From Octopus bimaculoides (lineage: Eukaryota): 64,000 bases of DNA. The translations under genes were made by a program, and so were the position numbers. Positions 49,900 through 61,282 of the stretch are shown here, in pieces; position 1 is the first letter of the stretch, and every line of letters begins with the position of its first letter. Where the stretch lies: the NCBI RefSeq assembly GCF_001194135.2, contig NC_068998.1:8603651-8667650 (forward strand). The letters are read 5' to 3'. The notes under the pieces are model-generated. The model searched no databases and had not been told where the DNA came from. It saw only the letters and a list, made by a program, of their open reading frames with translations.

Positions 49900-50032
49900 G
49901 GCTTCCACAGAGTTTCCGTCGACCAAATTGTCTTACAAAGCTTTTGTGGGCGCGAGGCCATATTAGAAGACATTTGCCGAATGTGCCTCACCACGTGGCT
50001 GTAAAGCATTCTTGTTAACCACACAGCCATTC
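49895..50032 (-). mobile_element. SINE family B head and core
   Basis: gggcttcc...gtttccgtcgaccaaatt...caaagcttt...agaagacatttgcc...ttaaccacacagcca. Confidence 0.75.
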
Positions 50033-52599
50033 TTTAGCCTATCTGAAACCAAAGATTTAAAGACTTTCGCCGTGAAAATTTTAATACATGCAAATACATT
50101 ATATCATTCTTTACGCACAGAGAAAGCGGTACGAAATCCTAGCTGGGATTCGTAGAAAGAAAATAAAGAAGGTTGTCGTGTAGGACAATTCCCAATGTGT
50201 TTCTGTGTTGGAAGATAATAACAAGGTGTATTTACATTTGTTTAAACTTTCACAGCGAAGGCTTTAAATGTAGCTTAAGTACGATGAATAATGTATATTT
50301 GAACGTGTAAGAATATGCCCCGAGGTATATGAAACTACACGTAAAGAATCTTACATGGTTGCTCTCTGTTTTTGAATGAAATGAAGCTAGAGAATAAGAC
50401 AGGAAAATAAAGAATATTTGCGATAAGTCATCATCAGCGGCAAGAAGCTTTCGAATTTAGATTTTGAGGAGGTTCTTTGATGACGCTGCATCTGGTTGAG
50501 AATGATTTGATAGATGGGCTCCAGGAAAGTTTCCTTAAAACTGCTATCGACTTTTCGTATATGGATTTTTTTTAACCTTCATTTTACAACGGAATGTATG
50601 AGAGAAGGCATTATTGAGAAGGAGTGGTTGATGGAGTTTATATTTTGGGGGTTTAACTTACTTCTGCAAGTAGCTCCCTTTTTTCTTATTCTTTTCTTTT
50701 TAATCTTTTACTGCTATCATTGAATAAATGCGGTTGTGCTTCTTCACGAGAAATATTGCCTAGAGCATGATATAGAAGTCAATGATTTATAAAGATGCCT
50801 TCAACTACACTTCAATGAACTGGCGTCCATTTTATACATTATACATCAGATAACAAAATAAAATATATTTAAAAAAAACAATTCAGTAGCTGTTATTTGC
50901 TAAAAGAATATATTTAAAGTAAAGATTTTTACATCTTATTTTTGCATATTTTGATTCCATTTGTTTTATTCTGTTTCTTCCCAATAATTTCTAAGGTATT
51001 TTTGTAAGTAGCAATATTTTAACATTCACTTTTATAATATTCATGTCTGACTACACGGATGGAAGGAAAGAGCTTCAAAAAAATCATTATGCTCCTTGTG
51101 CATGGTTAAAAATCATTATTCTGTGCATGGTTCACAATCATTATTACAGTGCGCATGACTAAAAAATGCAGCAGCAACTGTAATTGAATTAACTACAAGT
51201 TATATAATAATATGTTACGTAATAAAATGGTCTCATGAGATATAGGTTCCAGTAAATTCTCACTACGTTTATGGAGAATTAAGTCTGCAATCTTGTTTCG
51301 ATTCCAAGTTAGTAACACTTGAGTTATGTTATACTATTCATAATATCTTCGCAAAAAGAAATGACCACGACGTTTAAACCGTTTTATTTCCTTTCTAACT
51401 CGCTGAGACAGCATGGTGTTATGAAAGAATCGTTTATTTTAATAACAAAAAGCAATGCAAGACCTTCAAATGTGGCTGCATGGTAAAATAGTTCGGTTCA
51501 TAACTACGAATATTTTCTATCCAATACTACTACAGTACACTTTCAGAAAATACATTCTCTCATAACATAAGGTTGACAAAAGTTTGTTGATAATTTTCAG
51601 CGCAAACATGACCGTGTGATTCAGAAGTACTCTTAGTAATCACGTGGTTCTGGTAATCACCGCAGGTCATTTTTATGTGACACTTTAACGATTCACCCGT
51701 CGCCAGATTAATAATAATCCTTTCTTACTTTTGCACAAAGCCAGCAATTTTTAGGAGTGGAGGGGGTGGAAACGAAAAGAATACTATTAAGCAATTCAGC
51801 TGATGCGCTAAGGATTCTACCAGCTCGCTGCGTTTATATAATAATGATTTATGCGTTTGAGGCAAGTATATTGCTAGTTACATTAAGTATAACACAAACA
51901 ATCTCTACTTCTTGTACTTGTTTTCAGAGCGATGAAATAATTAAAACATGGTAAAATCATCCTTGACACATTGGGAAAATAGAACCAATATTAATTTAGA
52001 TAACACAAAAAAATTTAATTAATCCAGCGCTCAGCTGTTTGCACCTGTTCACCTGCTGTAAGTAGATGCAAGAATTTGAGTCAAAATTCAATGTATCCCC
52101 CCTTCCCATCTCCAAATAAGGTATTTTTTCTTCTATGAAAGAATTCAATAATAGTATTATTTAACTTTATGAAATACAACAATATTATTGAAAATAATAT
52201 GATAGTTGTACCTTTTTCACTTGTTTCTTTTTATGTTTCTCATTCAAAGTGAAACGAAAATCAATTGTTATTATTTACATTTTGCATTTTTGTTCTGTAG
52301 TAAAAATGAAAACCACAAGAAAATTGATATTTTTTGCAGGGTTTTAGTAAAACTAGTTGTAGTTGTTACATTAGGTGTCAAAATTTCATTTCTGTTTATT
52401 GCTAACAATTTACCGATATAACAAAATGTATAACAAAAAAAAAAGCTCATTCAACAAATTGGAATTACTATTGAAAATTTAATTTTCTATTTCAGATCTT
52501 ATAAAATATATATAAAAAAATATAATAGAACATAAAATTCGCAATGAAAAATCTCAAGCGTTTTTAACATCAATAATTCCCTGAAAATTTAAGGGAAGA

Positions 52600-54340
52600 A
52601 AACGAGGAAAAATAAAAAAGAATGAAAATTTCAAAAACAAGACAAAATTATTGAAAAGATAAACAAAAAGGATAAAAAATAGTTTATTATTGTCAATCTA
52701 ATTTTAGTTGAATGAACTCAGATATTAAGTGTAGTTTTGTCGCAGAGGAAATCTTGTCGGTGTTTTGCCCGCCGACTTCATTCTTCTACAGCTTTAAGTT
52801 AACTGTCTTCTTTAAAAAACCGTATAAAATAAAAAGTAAATTAAAAATATATATACATACATATATACATACATANNNNNNNNNNAGATATACAGACACA
52901 CATAGATAATACATACATACATGCATACATACATACATACGTACGTACGTACATATTATCTTTGTGATCAGATTAAATATATTTTAAAACGAAATAGCTA
53001 CTTTTCTATCAGTTTATCTATTAATGAAGATATACCTAATCGTAATCTTATTTTTCGTTTAACTTCTTTATCAAATTAAGTTCTACAAGAAATGATAAAC
53101 TGGGAAGCGGGAAAGAGGTTAAATATTGAAGAAATTCAAGGTCTTTAGATAATAACATATTTTCAAAAAGAAAAAGAAAATGCAAAGATAAAAATCTAAA
53201 AAAAGAAACTAAAGAAAGAAACGAAGTTAAGGAAGATAGTGTACTCTATCTCAGAAAAATAAATCTGCTTCTCTGTAGCGTTTCTTATCAGAATATTTCG
53301 TATTATAGCCAGTCTAGTCTGAACAAATGAACGTGAGGAAACCTACCGAGTTTGCAAAGCTCGTTAGAGAACCGTTAAAATAACGGCATGGTTTTTATAA
53401 TTGCAGCGAAATTTTTTTATTTAATACGAAACTTCACTCAGAATTGCAAATGAGAAGCATAGAACAAAACTGAAGTAATAATTTCTCTTCTATTTGATAC
53501 TTCAATATATTTAACATAGAAAAAGATCTGTTACAAACATTCTAATTTCTCTAAAAAAAAAAAAGAGCAGGTATTCTTCTTAGATTCTTCGGACTGTGGT
53601 AGCTTGTCTGTCCGAGAAGACAAAATAAGGTCAAAACACCGAGGTATCTCAATGTGATTCACTTAGACTAGTAAATCGCAGGTTTAAATGCGGGAGATGT
53701 TCTCCGATGAAGAGAAAGAACATTAAACTGTTCATATTCGAAACTGCCTGAACGTATAGAGAATGAATATATACGTTCTTGCTTGGATTTTTAACGTTTT
53801 GCATGAACGTCATTAATTTTCTGTTTGGTAGACACCAGCACGCATTAGAAAATAGTTTATTTGCTTATTGTTATTTTTTTTTAAAGGAGACAGTACTACT
53901 GTTAGGTACATCGATCTGTCGTAGCTTTGATTGAAGGGACATATATTAGGATGAAAACACCTCGGCGTCACAAAATCTGTGAATCGTGTGTGCTATGAAT
54001 ATACATCCTCGAAAGAGGAGATATGTTCTCCGACGACAAAAAACAACAGCATTCAGATATTCCGTTCGAATCTACCATAGAATTAATAATGTAGAATTAG
54101 GAAATTGAAGCCAATGAAAAAGTTTTCTAAAAATAATATTGAAAAGATTAACAAAAAAGATTTTTACAAAACAGTCTATTCGTGTCAATCTAATTTTAGC
54201 TGAACGAACTCAAGTATAAAGTGTAGTTGAGTCGCAGAGGAATTCTTGTCGGAATATTGTCCACTTATTTGATTTTCCTATAGCCTTAACTGTCTTCTTT
54301 AAACAACTTGCGAGACAAAAAGTAAATTAGAAGTATAATT
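52600..54340 (+). repeat. Diverged direct repeat pair (~52600-52850 and ~54095-54340)
   Basis: attgaaaagat.aacaaaaa.gat...tgtcaatctaattttag.tgaa.gaactca...aagtgtagtt..gtcgcagaggaa.tcttgtcgg...ttaactgtcttctttaaa...aaaaagtaaatta in both units. Confidence 0.8.
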
Positions 54341-54438
54341 AAAACATATATCTGTATTGTTCTTACATTATTGATCAAGAATGAATAAATACGTTATTGT
54401 TTGGATTCTCACCATTCTACGTGCACCTCGTGAATAAT

Positions 54439-54469
<31 letters not shown>

Positions 54470-54482
54470 CGTATATATGCAT

Positions 54483-54650
54483 AGCGGTATCTCGTCTGTC
54501 TTTACGTTCTGAGTTCATATTCCGCCGAGATCGTCTTTGCCTTTCATCTTTTCGGGGTCGATAAATTAAGTACCAGCTGCATACTAGTGTCGATCTAATC
54601 GCCTGGCCTCCCTCCCCCAAAATTTCGGACCTTGTGCCTAGAGTAGAAAA
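54483..54650 (+). mobile_element. SINE family A (5'-truncated)
   Basis: Close match to 29445-29621. Confidence 0.9.
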
Positions 54651-54863
54651 TAAAGTCTAGACATATTGTTAAAAGTTGGACAGTATATTCGTTATAGATA
54701 TCTAGATACCATACTGCAATTGCTGTTGATGTTTTTTGTTGTTTCTTAACACCATTCAGCTTTGACTCCGAATGTCTAACATCAAAATCTCTCTAGCCAT
54801 GATGAATCTGGCTGATGTAAAGACAACTAGAATCTTAAAAACATTGGATTTAAAAACACCTAA

Positions 54864-54975
54864 AGCTTTTTGGTGTTTTCGCTCAATAAATACTCACAAC
54901 GCCCGGTCTGGGAATCGAAACTGTGATCCTACGACCGTGAGTCCGCTGCCCTAACCACTGGGCCATTGCGCCTCC
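54864..54975 (-). mobile_element. SINE family D tRNA-like head
   Basis: Reverse complement ggaggcgcaatggcccagtggttagggcagcggactc...gtttcgattcccagaccgggcg, with A box TGGCCCAGTGG and B box GTTTCGATTCC. Confidence 0.85.
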
Positions 54976-55440
54976 TGAAAACAAACAGTGTATAATTACC
55001 GTTGGACATATATTTGATGTTCAGTTTCATTTTCGAGAATATACCACCAAGATATTTTCCCAAAGACATTAAAACCCGAATTTGCTGTATTGCCTCACCT
55101 ACTTCGGAAGCAGCTACAGAAAGAGGATCTGTAAGGTGTTTTGGAATCTATTAACATATTAATGATTCATTGTTGCTAGTGTTGCTGCTGCTGCTGCTGC
55201 TGCTGCTGCCTACGTTAATAAAACAACGCAGCTAGACTTTGCTGTTTACACCACATAAAGATAACGATATGCTGGCTGTAGACATATAAACCAAAAGTGA
55301 AATATTGATTTATATTAAAATATGTATGTATGTATATATATATGTGTGAGAGTGTGTGTGTGTGTGTGTGCGAGTGTATGTGTGTGTGTGCGTGCGTATG
55401 TATGCATATGCATATACAGAATCACACATATATATCTGTA

Positions 55441-55493
<53 letters not shown>

Positions 55494-55879
55494 TTTTTAT
55501 GCTTTTATAAATATATATAAGCATATGTGTACATGTATTAACAAAGAATAACAAAAACTACCCTAATAAGAGACAAATTTAAAACTCTGCTACTAATTCT
55601 ATTTCTAAAGTAACATTGAATCGATATGATTTTCCTATCTGACTTTACATTCAATTAAAAACAAATTTACAAATTAAGAAATATTAAAACTAATTAACTT
55701 TAAATTTTCATATAAATTTCCATTAATGAGAGAATATTGAAACAAGACAGTAGACATTAAAATGATGTATCAGCTTACGATTGCAGGTCACCAGTTTCTA
55801 ATGTTCTTAAAAGTGAAAGTGTCATGGATTGTAATTTATAGCATATAGACTTTATTTATGCATTTATTTATTTTCTGTT

Positions 55880-56150
55880 CTCTTCTTTTATTCTTTGACT
55901 TGTTTCAGTTTTTAGACAGCGACCACCCTGGAGCACAGACTTCGAGAATTTGTAATAGAATGAATCACCCCCCCCCCCGAGCTTTTTGTTATTATTTTCG
56001 TTTTTCTTTTTAAGCCTTGTACTTATTCTAACGACCTCTTTTGCCGAAAAGCTAATATACCGGGACGTAAACAAACCAACACCGTTTGTCAATCGGTAGT
56101 TGTGGACAAACAGAAAGACGCACAAACACACATAGATATAGACACATACA
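55880..56150 (-). mobile_element. SINE family B/C tail
   Basis: gacttgtttcag...ctggagcac...aagccttgtacttattct...cttttgccgaa...gggacgtaaacaaaccaacac. Confidence 0.75.
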
Positions 56151-56199
56151 TATAGTACTTTCTTTTATAGACCCTAAAAGGGTGTAGGATAAAGTTGGT

Positions 56200-56296
56200 C
56201 ACGGCGGGATTTGAAGGCACGATGTAAAGAGCCGGTGGAAATGAGGCCAAGCATTTTGTCCAAATACCAAAATTACAGCCAGGTTCCCGCCTTCAT
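56200..56296 (-). mobile_element. SINE family A head fragment (old)
   Basis: ggcgggatttgaa...gtaaagagc...gaaatg...aagcattttgtcc...cccgcctt. Confidence 0.5.
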
Positions 56297-56310
56297 AATG
56301 ATTATTTTCT

Positions 56311-56478
56311 GTGCAGGAGTGGCTGCGTAATATGAAGCTTGCTTCCCAACCGCACAGCTCCGGGTTCAGTTCCATTGCGTGGAACCTAGGGCAAGTGTCT
56401 TCTACTATAGCTTCGAGTGGACCACAGCCTTGTGAGTGGATTTGGTAGACGGAAACTGAAAGAAGCCCATCGTATATG

Positions 56479-56575
<97 letters not shown>

Positions 56576-56777
56576 CTGTGTTTGACCCCCCTACAATCGC
56601 TTGACAGCCGATGTTGGTGTTTACATCCCCGTCACTTAGCGGTTCGGCATAAGATCCCGATACAATAAGTACTATGCTTACAAATATTATGTCCTGGGTT
56701 TGCTTTGTTCGACTAAAGGTGGTACTCCAGCATGGCCACAGTGATATTTCTAAAACATGTAAAAGAGAAAAAGAATA
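56311..56777 (+). mobile_element. SINE family B/C, full length, with an expanded internal (GT)n
   Basis: Head gtgcaggagtggctg...gggttcagttcc, core, (GT)n at about 56490-56572 and tail to ccagcatggccacagt...gtaaaagag. Confidence 0.9.
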
Positions 56778-56792
56778 AGCACAAGGCAAGGG

Positions 56793-56894
56793 AGGAGGTT
56801 AGTCGATCACATCGACCCCAGTATTTAACTGGTACTTATTCTACTAACCCCAAAATGATGAAAGGCAAAATCAACCTCGACAATCTTTGAACTC
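56793..56894 (-). mobile_element. SINE family A fragment
   Basis: tagtcgatcacatcgaccccagt...actggtacttatt...gatgaaaggcaaaatcaacctcg. Confidence 0.8.
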
Positions 56895-56930
56895 CCCCTC
56901 CCCAGAAAAAAAATATTCCAGAAAATAATT

Positions 56931-57150
56931 GTTTCAAGTTTTGACACAGGACCAGCAATATTTAGAAGTGGGGTAAATCGATGACATCGACCACAGAATT
57001 CAATTGGTACTTTATTCTATCGACCCCACCGCAAGGACGGAAGACGAAGTCATCCTCAGCAGCATTTGAACTCAAAACCTAGAAACGGACGAAATGTCAC
57101 TAAGCATATTGTCCAGCGTGCTACCGATTCTGGCAGCACTCTGCGCCTAA
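56931..57150 (-). mobile_element. SINE family A, near full length
   Basis: gtttcaagttttgacacagg tail, atcgacccc core, cattt gaactca...cgtgctaccgattctggcagc head. Confidence 0.8.
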
Positions 57151-57243
57151 ATATTCAAGGAAATAAGAAATAATGATTGCAATAATTGCATGACGGTAAT
57201 GTATTCATTCCCACTACGCTTTGGCATACTTGAACGTGTATAA

Positions 57244-57273
<30 letters not shown>

Positions 57274-57280
<7 letters not shown>

Positions 57281-57667
57281 TCGCCAAGCCAACATGGCAG
57301 TCCCAAAATTAGGACGAAAGCTGCCGTGAATTAGCTCCAAGAAGCCATCGCCTCTAGCTAGCTATGTGACACACGAAACCTGTGTCCTTTATAACCTTCG
57401 AACAGGGGAGGTCAGCAGTTTCCCCTTGCTGGTTTGGCATCTGCAGACTACAGCAAGGGGAAACTGCTGACCTCCCCTGTTCGTAGGTTATAAAGGACAC
57501 AGGTTTCGTGTGTCACATAGCTAGCTAGAGGCGATGGCTTCTTGGAGCTAATTCACGGCAGCTTTCGTCCTAATTTTGGGACTGCCGTGGTGGCTTGGCG
57601 ATAACTATTAATTTCCAGTACCGCTGCCGTAGTCTCCTTTAGAGAGACTTAGAAATATTAATAACTC

Positions 57668-57670
<3 letters not shown>
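57274..57670. mobile_element. Foldback element: 158-bp inverted arms, 19-nt spacer and ~60-bp tail, inside (TA)n
   Basis: Arms 57274-57431 and 57451-57608 differ at 3 positions. The tail holds the hairpin agtctc-ctttaga-gagact and is shared with 8641-8835. Confidence 0.9.
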
Positions 57671-57703
<33 letters not shown>

Positions 57704-58039
57704 CTATATATGACAGAGCTTGGATTTGTGCTGTTTTGCGTGCAGCTTCATGAATTATTGAACACATTTATGAATACCTGCAAGCTTTTCATGAATAATA
57801 AATGCGAAAATATTTTCGTGAGCCAATGAGTTCGCTCTCACTGCAAAAACGAGCAACTAAAGCTCACTGAAATCTCATTTGTGTTTAAAATAGAATGACG
57901 TGTTTGATAATGTGCTCCTGAGTTTACTATACCTACGAAACAAACGAGATGGGCACGGATGAAATGCTGTGTTGTATGCAGAATATAGGCATGCACGATC
58001 AGTACTAATTGGAGATTAACAATGCTAATAAAGGTTTAT

Positions 58040-58236
58040 AACTTTGGTACTAGGAGGAAGAGGTCAGTCGATCACATAAACCCCAGTGTTCAAGTGGTGC
58101 TTATTTTATCGACCCCGGAAGAATAAAAGGCAAAGTTGACACGAGCAGAATTTGACCTCAGAACGTAAGTTCGGATGAAATGCCGTCATGCAGTTCTCCT
58201 GATGTGTTAAACATTCGGTCAGTTCGCTGCTCTTAA
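58040..58236 (-). mobile_element. SINE family A
   Basis: cagtcgatcacataaaccccagtg...ttattttatcgacccc...aaaggcaaagttgac...gaatttgacctcagaacgtaa. Confidence 0.8.
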
Positions 58237-58254
58237 TACGTTTTTTTTTTAATA

Positions 58255-58438
58255 GATACAAGGCCTCAAATGTTGCGGGAAGTAAATAGAAAATTACATG
58301 AATCCCAGTATTCAGCCGGTATTTATTTTATCGAAATGAAAGACCAGACCAACTGCAGCGGTATTTGAGCATAGAAGCTAGAGATTGAACTAAACATTTT
58401 GTTTGGCATGCAAACTATTCTGTCAGCTCGCTGCTTTT
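58255..58438 (-). mobile_element. SINE family A (old)
   Basis: acaaggcctcaaat...cccagtattcagccggtatttattttatcga...attctgtcagctcgctgc. Confidence 0.6.
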
Positions 58439-58766
58439 CAGCAGCTGATAAATATAGCAATGTAGCCATTTCCTTACGGACTTTCAGGCAGAGACACATT
58501 TCCATAAGATGATCGATGAGCTTTAATATGGTTGGGAAGAATGGATAGCTCCTTTGTCATGTTGCTCCTGATTCTAACTCAAATAGCACATCGACAATTG
58601 CAATCACTGACAGCTATCCCACTGAAAACTATTCTTTAGATAGAATTAATTCACTGACAGGAGCAATATTAAGGCTATACTCAGAATGTTTGCTGTGAAT
58701 TAAAGTGGCATGACAATGTATCCCTTTACTGACATTTTGTGCGTCGGATTGTTCTGGAAGTAAGAT

Positions 58767-58868
58767 GTTGAGCTGGCTGAATCGTTAGCACGCCGGCCAA
58801 AATGTGAAGTGGCATAATGTTCGTCTTTACGTTTTGGGGTCAAATTCCGTCGAGGTTTACTTTGTAGA
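58767..58868 (+). mobile_element. SINE family A head and partial core
   Basis: gagctggctgaatcgttagcacgccgg...cgtctttacgtt...caaattccgtcgagg. Confidence 0.8.
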
Positions 58869-60068
58869 AGCAAGCTGCTATCATCTCTGACAGATGAGGT
58901 GTCCAGTACTGAGGAGTGGCAGAAATAGCCCGAAACCAGGACTGGTCTATTGGACCTGTTGCTTGGAGTTGGTACAGGTTCGCTCCCCTGCTCACAATAT
59001 TATCGGATGCAGCTGTGCATCGTTAACCAGCTTGAGATGTCCTCTTGGGGTAAAAAAAACGCTGTAGAGTCCACTCGAATGGACAGCCATGTTAAAGTGT
59101 CAACTACTGCATTGATCTCTTACAGAGATTTTAGATGGGGCATCTTTTCTCACAGATTAACAACCGATGCTGGTCTATTTATATACCCGTAACTTAATTG
59201 TTTGACAAAACACTCGCATAGAATAATTACCAGAGTTTTAAGTGTGTACTGGGTGAGGTTCTCTTGACTACACCATTTAAAGAAAATGATTTGTTAATCC
59301 GCCTGAAAACGAACACAGAATGTTTGAGTTGAATTACAATAGCATGGCATTATACTTCTCCTTCTATACATTCTATTGTTATTTTATTGCTTTCAATAGA
59401 GACTACTTTTATAAAGAAAAAACCTACACATAATCAGTCGATCAGGTACAAATAACAGACAAATTTCAATATAATCTTATCTAGAACCCGGTGGAGAATC
59501 AATTCCTGAAAAAACAAAGAAACTACAAGATGGTCACGGCTAGAATGCCTTTGGTCATAGATCTGCATTATCAACGCCCACTTGAATCTAAACATTATCA
59601 ATAACTCAACAACAAGAATTGCACCAACATTTAATCTTACAGCCTTCCCTACTTTTCTGAAATAGCAAGCTAATAAAATCCAACCTCAAATGAAGAACTG
59701 TAGTTTTTTTTAAATTTCATATGAAGTCTAAATTGGTTTGTCTGCATTAAACAGTGTGGCTTTCTTAGCGAGATTGGAGGGCAACAGTGGTGTTTTCTGC
59801 TTCAGTACACGTCAATGCGCATGTACATGTCCAGTAAGAATTCTTGGAAATTGAGTCATGACAAGAATTCAGTAATCTATGCCACGAGCTATTTAGTTTC
59901 CTCCAAAGACGGAGATGAGAAAAGGCTTCTGGTGTAAACGAGCTGATCACGTGAAAGCCAGCTGTTTAAATATGCAAGGCAATAATTATGACAGTCGGTA
60001 TTGAAATCTATTCGCTCACTAAAATCTGCCAGTGTTTGCCATGCGACATGTATACATTTAGATATACA

Positions 60069-60101
<33 letters not shown>

Positions 60102-60103
<2 letters not shown>

Positions 60104-60370
60104 TTTCTCTTTTACTTGTTTCAATCATTTGACTGTGGCCATGCTGGAGCACCGCCTTTAGTCAAACAAATCGACCCCATGACTTATTCTTTGGAAGCCT
60201 AGTACTTATTCTATCGGTCTCTTTTGCCGAACCGCTAGTTTACGGGGACGTAAGCACACCAGCATCGGTTGTCAAGCGATGTTGGGGGGACAAACACAGA
60301 CACACAAACACATACACACATACATATATACGACGGACTTCTTTCAGTTTCCGTCTACCAAATCCACTCT
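60102..60370 (-). mobile_element. SINE family B/C tail and partial core (young)
   Basis: ttttacttgtttcaatcatttgactgtggccatgctggagcaccgcctttagtc...gacaaacac...cttctttcagtttccgtctaccaaatccactc. Confidence 0.9.
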
Positions 60371-60570
60371 TCACAACATTCTCTCGCTTTGTTTCTTCTG
60401 TACCTGTATTTCAAAGGGCCAGCCTTGTCACACTGAATCTCCCCGAGAAATACGTTAAGGGTACACGTAGCTGTGCAGTTCTGAGCCACTTGCACGTTAA
60501 TTTCACGAGCAGGCTGTTCCGTTGATCGGATCAACTGGAACCCTCGTCGTCGTAACCGATGGAGTGCCAC
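60368..60570 (+). mobile_element. SINE family D 3' half
   Basis: caaagggccagccttgtcacact...gcacgttaatttcacgagcaggctgttccgttgatcggatcaactggaaccctcgtcgtcgtaaccgatggagtgcca aligns to 47200-47400. Confidence 0.9.
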
Positions 60571-61162
60571 CCACATAAATATACGTATACANNNNNNNNN
60601 NNNNNNNNNNNNNNNNNNNNNNNNNNNNNNNNNNNNNNNNNNNNNNNNNNNNNNNNNNNNNNNNNNNNNNNNNNNNNNNNNNNNNNNNNNNNNNNNNNNN
60701 NNNNNNNNNNNNNNNNNNNNNNNNNNNNNNNNNNNNNNNNNNNNNNNNNNNNNNNNNNNNNNNNNNNNNNNNNNNNNNNNNNNNNNNNNNNNNNNNNNNN
60801 NNNNNNNNNNNNNNNNNNNNNNNNNNNNNNNNNNNNNNNNNNNNNNNNNNNNNNNNNNNNNNNNNNNNNNNNNNNNNNNNNNNNNNNNNNNNNNNNNNNN
60901 NNNNNNNNNNNNNNNNNNNNNNNNNNNNNNNNNNNNNNNNNNNNNNNNNNNNNNNNNNNNNNNNNNNNNNNNNNNNNNNNNNNNNNNNNNNNNNNNNNNN
61001 NNNNNNNNNNNNNNNNNNNNNNNNNNNNNNNNNNNNNNNNNNNNNNNNNNNNNNNNNNNNNNNNNNNNNNNNNNNNNNNNNNNNNNNNNNNNNNNNNNNN
61101 NNNNNNNNNNNNNNNNNNNNNNNNNNNNNNNNNNNNNNNNNNNNNNNNNNNNNNNNATATAT

Positions 61163-61282
61163 ATAGGTGCAGGTATGGCTGTTTGATTAACATGTTGACT
61201 TCTTGGTTTCATGTTTAGCTCCTCAGCGCAGCACATTGAACAAGTGTCTTATAGAATAGCCCCGAGCGGCCCGATGTCTTAG
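61163..61282 (+). mobile_element. SINE family B head (old)
   Basis: aggtgcaggtatggctgt...gcagcacattgaacaagtgtctt...atagcc. Confidence 0.5.

Noticed and set aside
53696-54045. MFSDE/MFSDD motifs suggesting a Tc1 catalytic aspartate
   Set aside because: Stops follow immediately and there is no flanking transposase similarity. Kept only as a DNA duplication.
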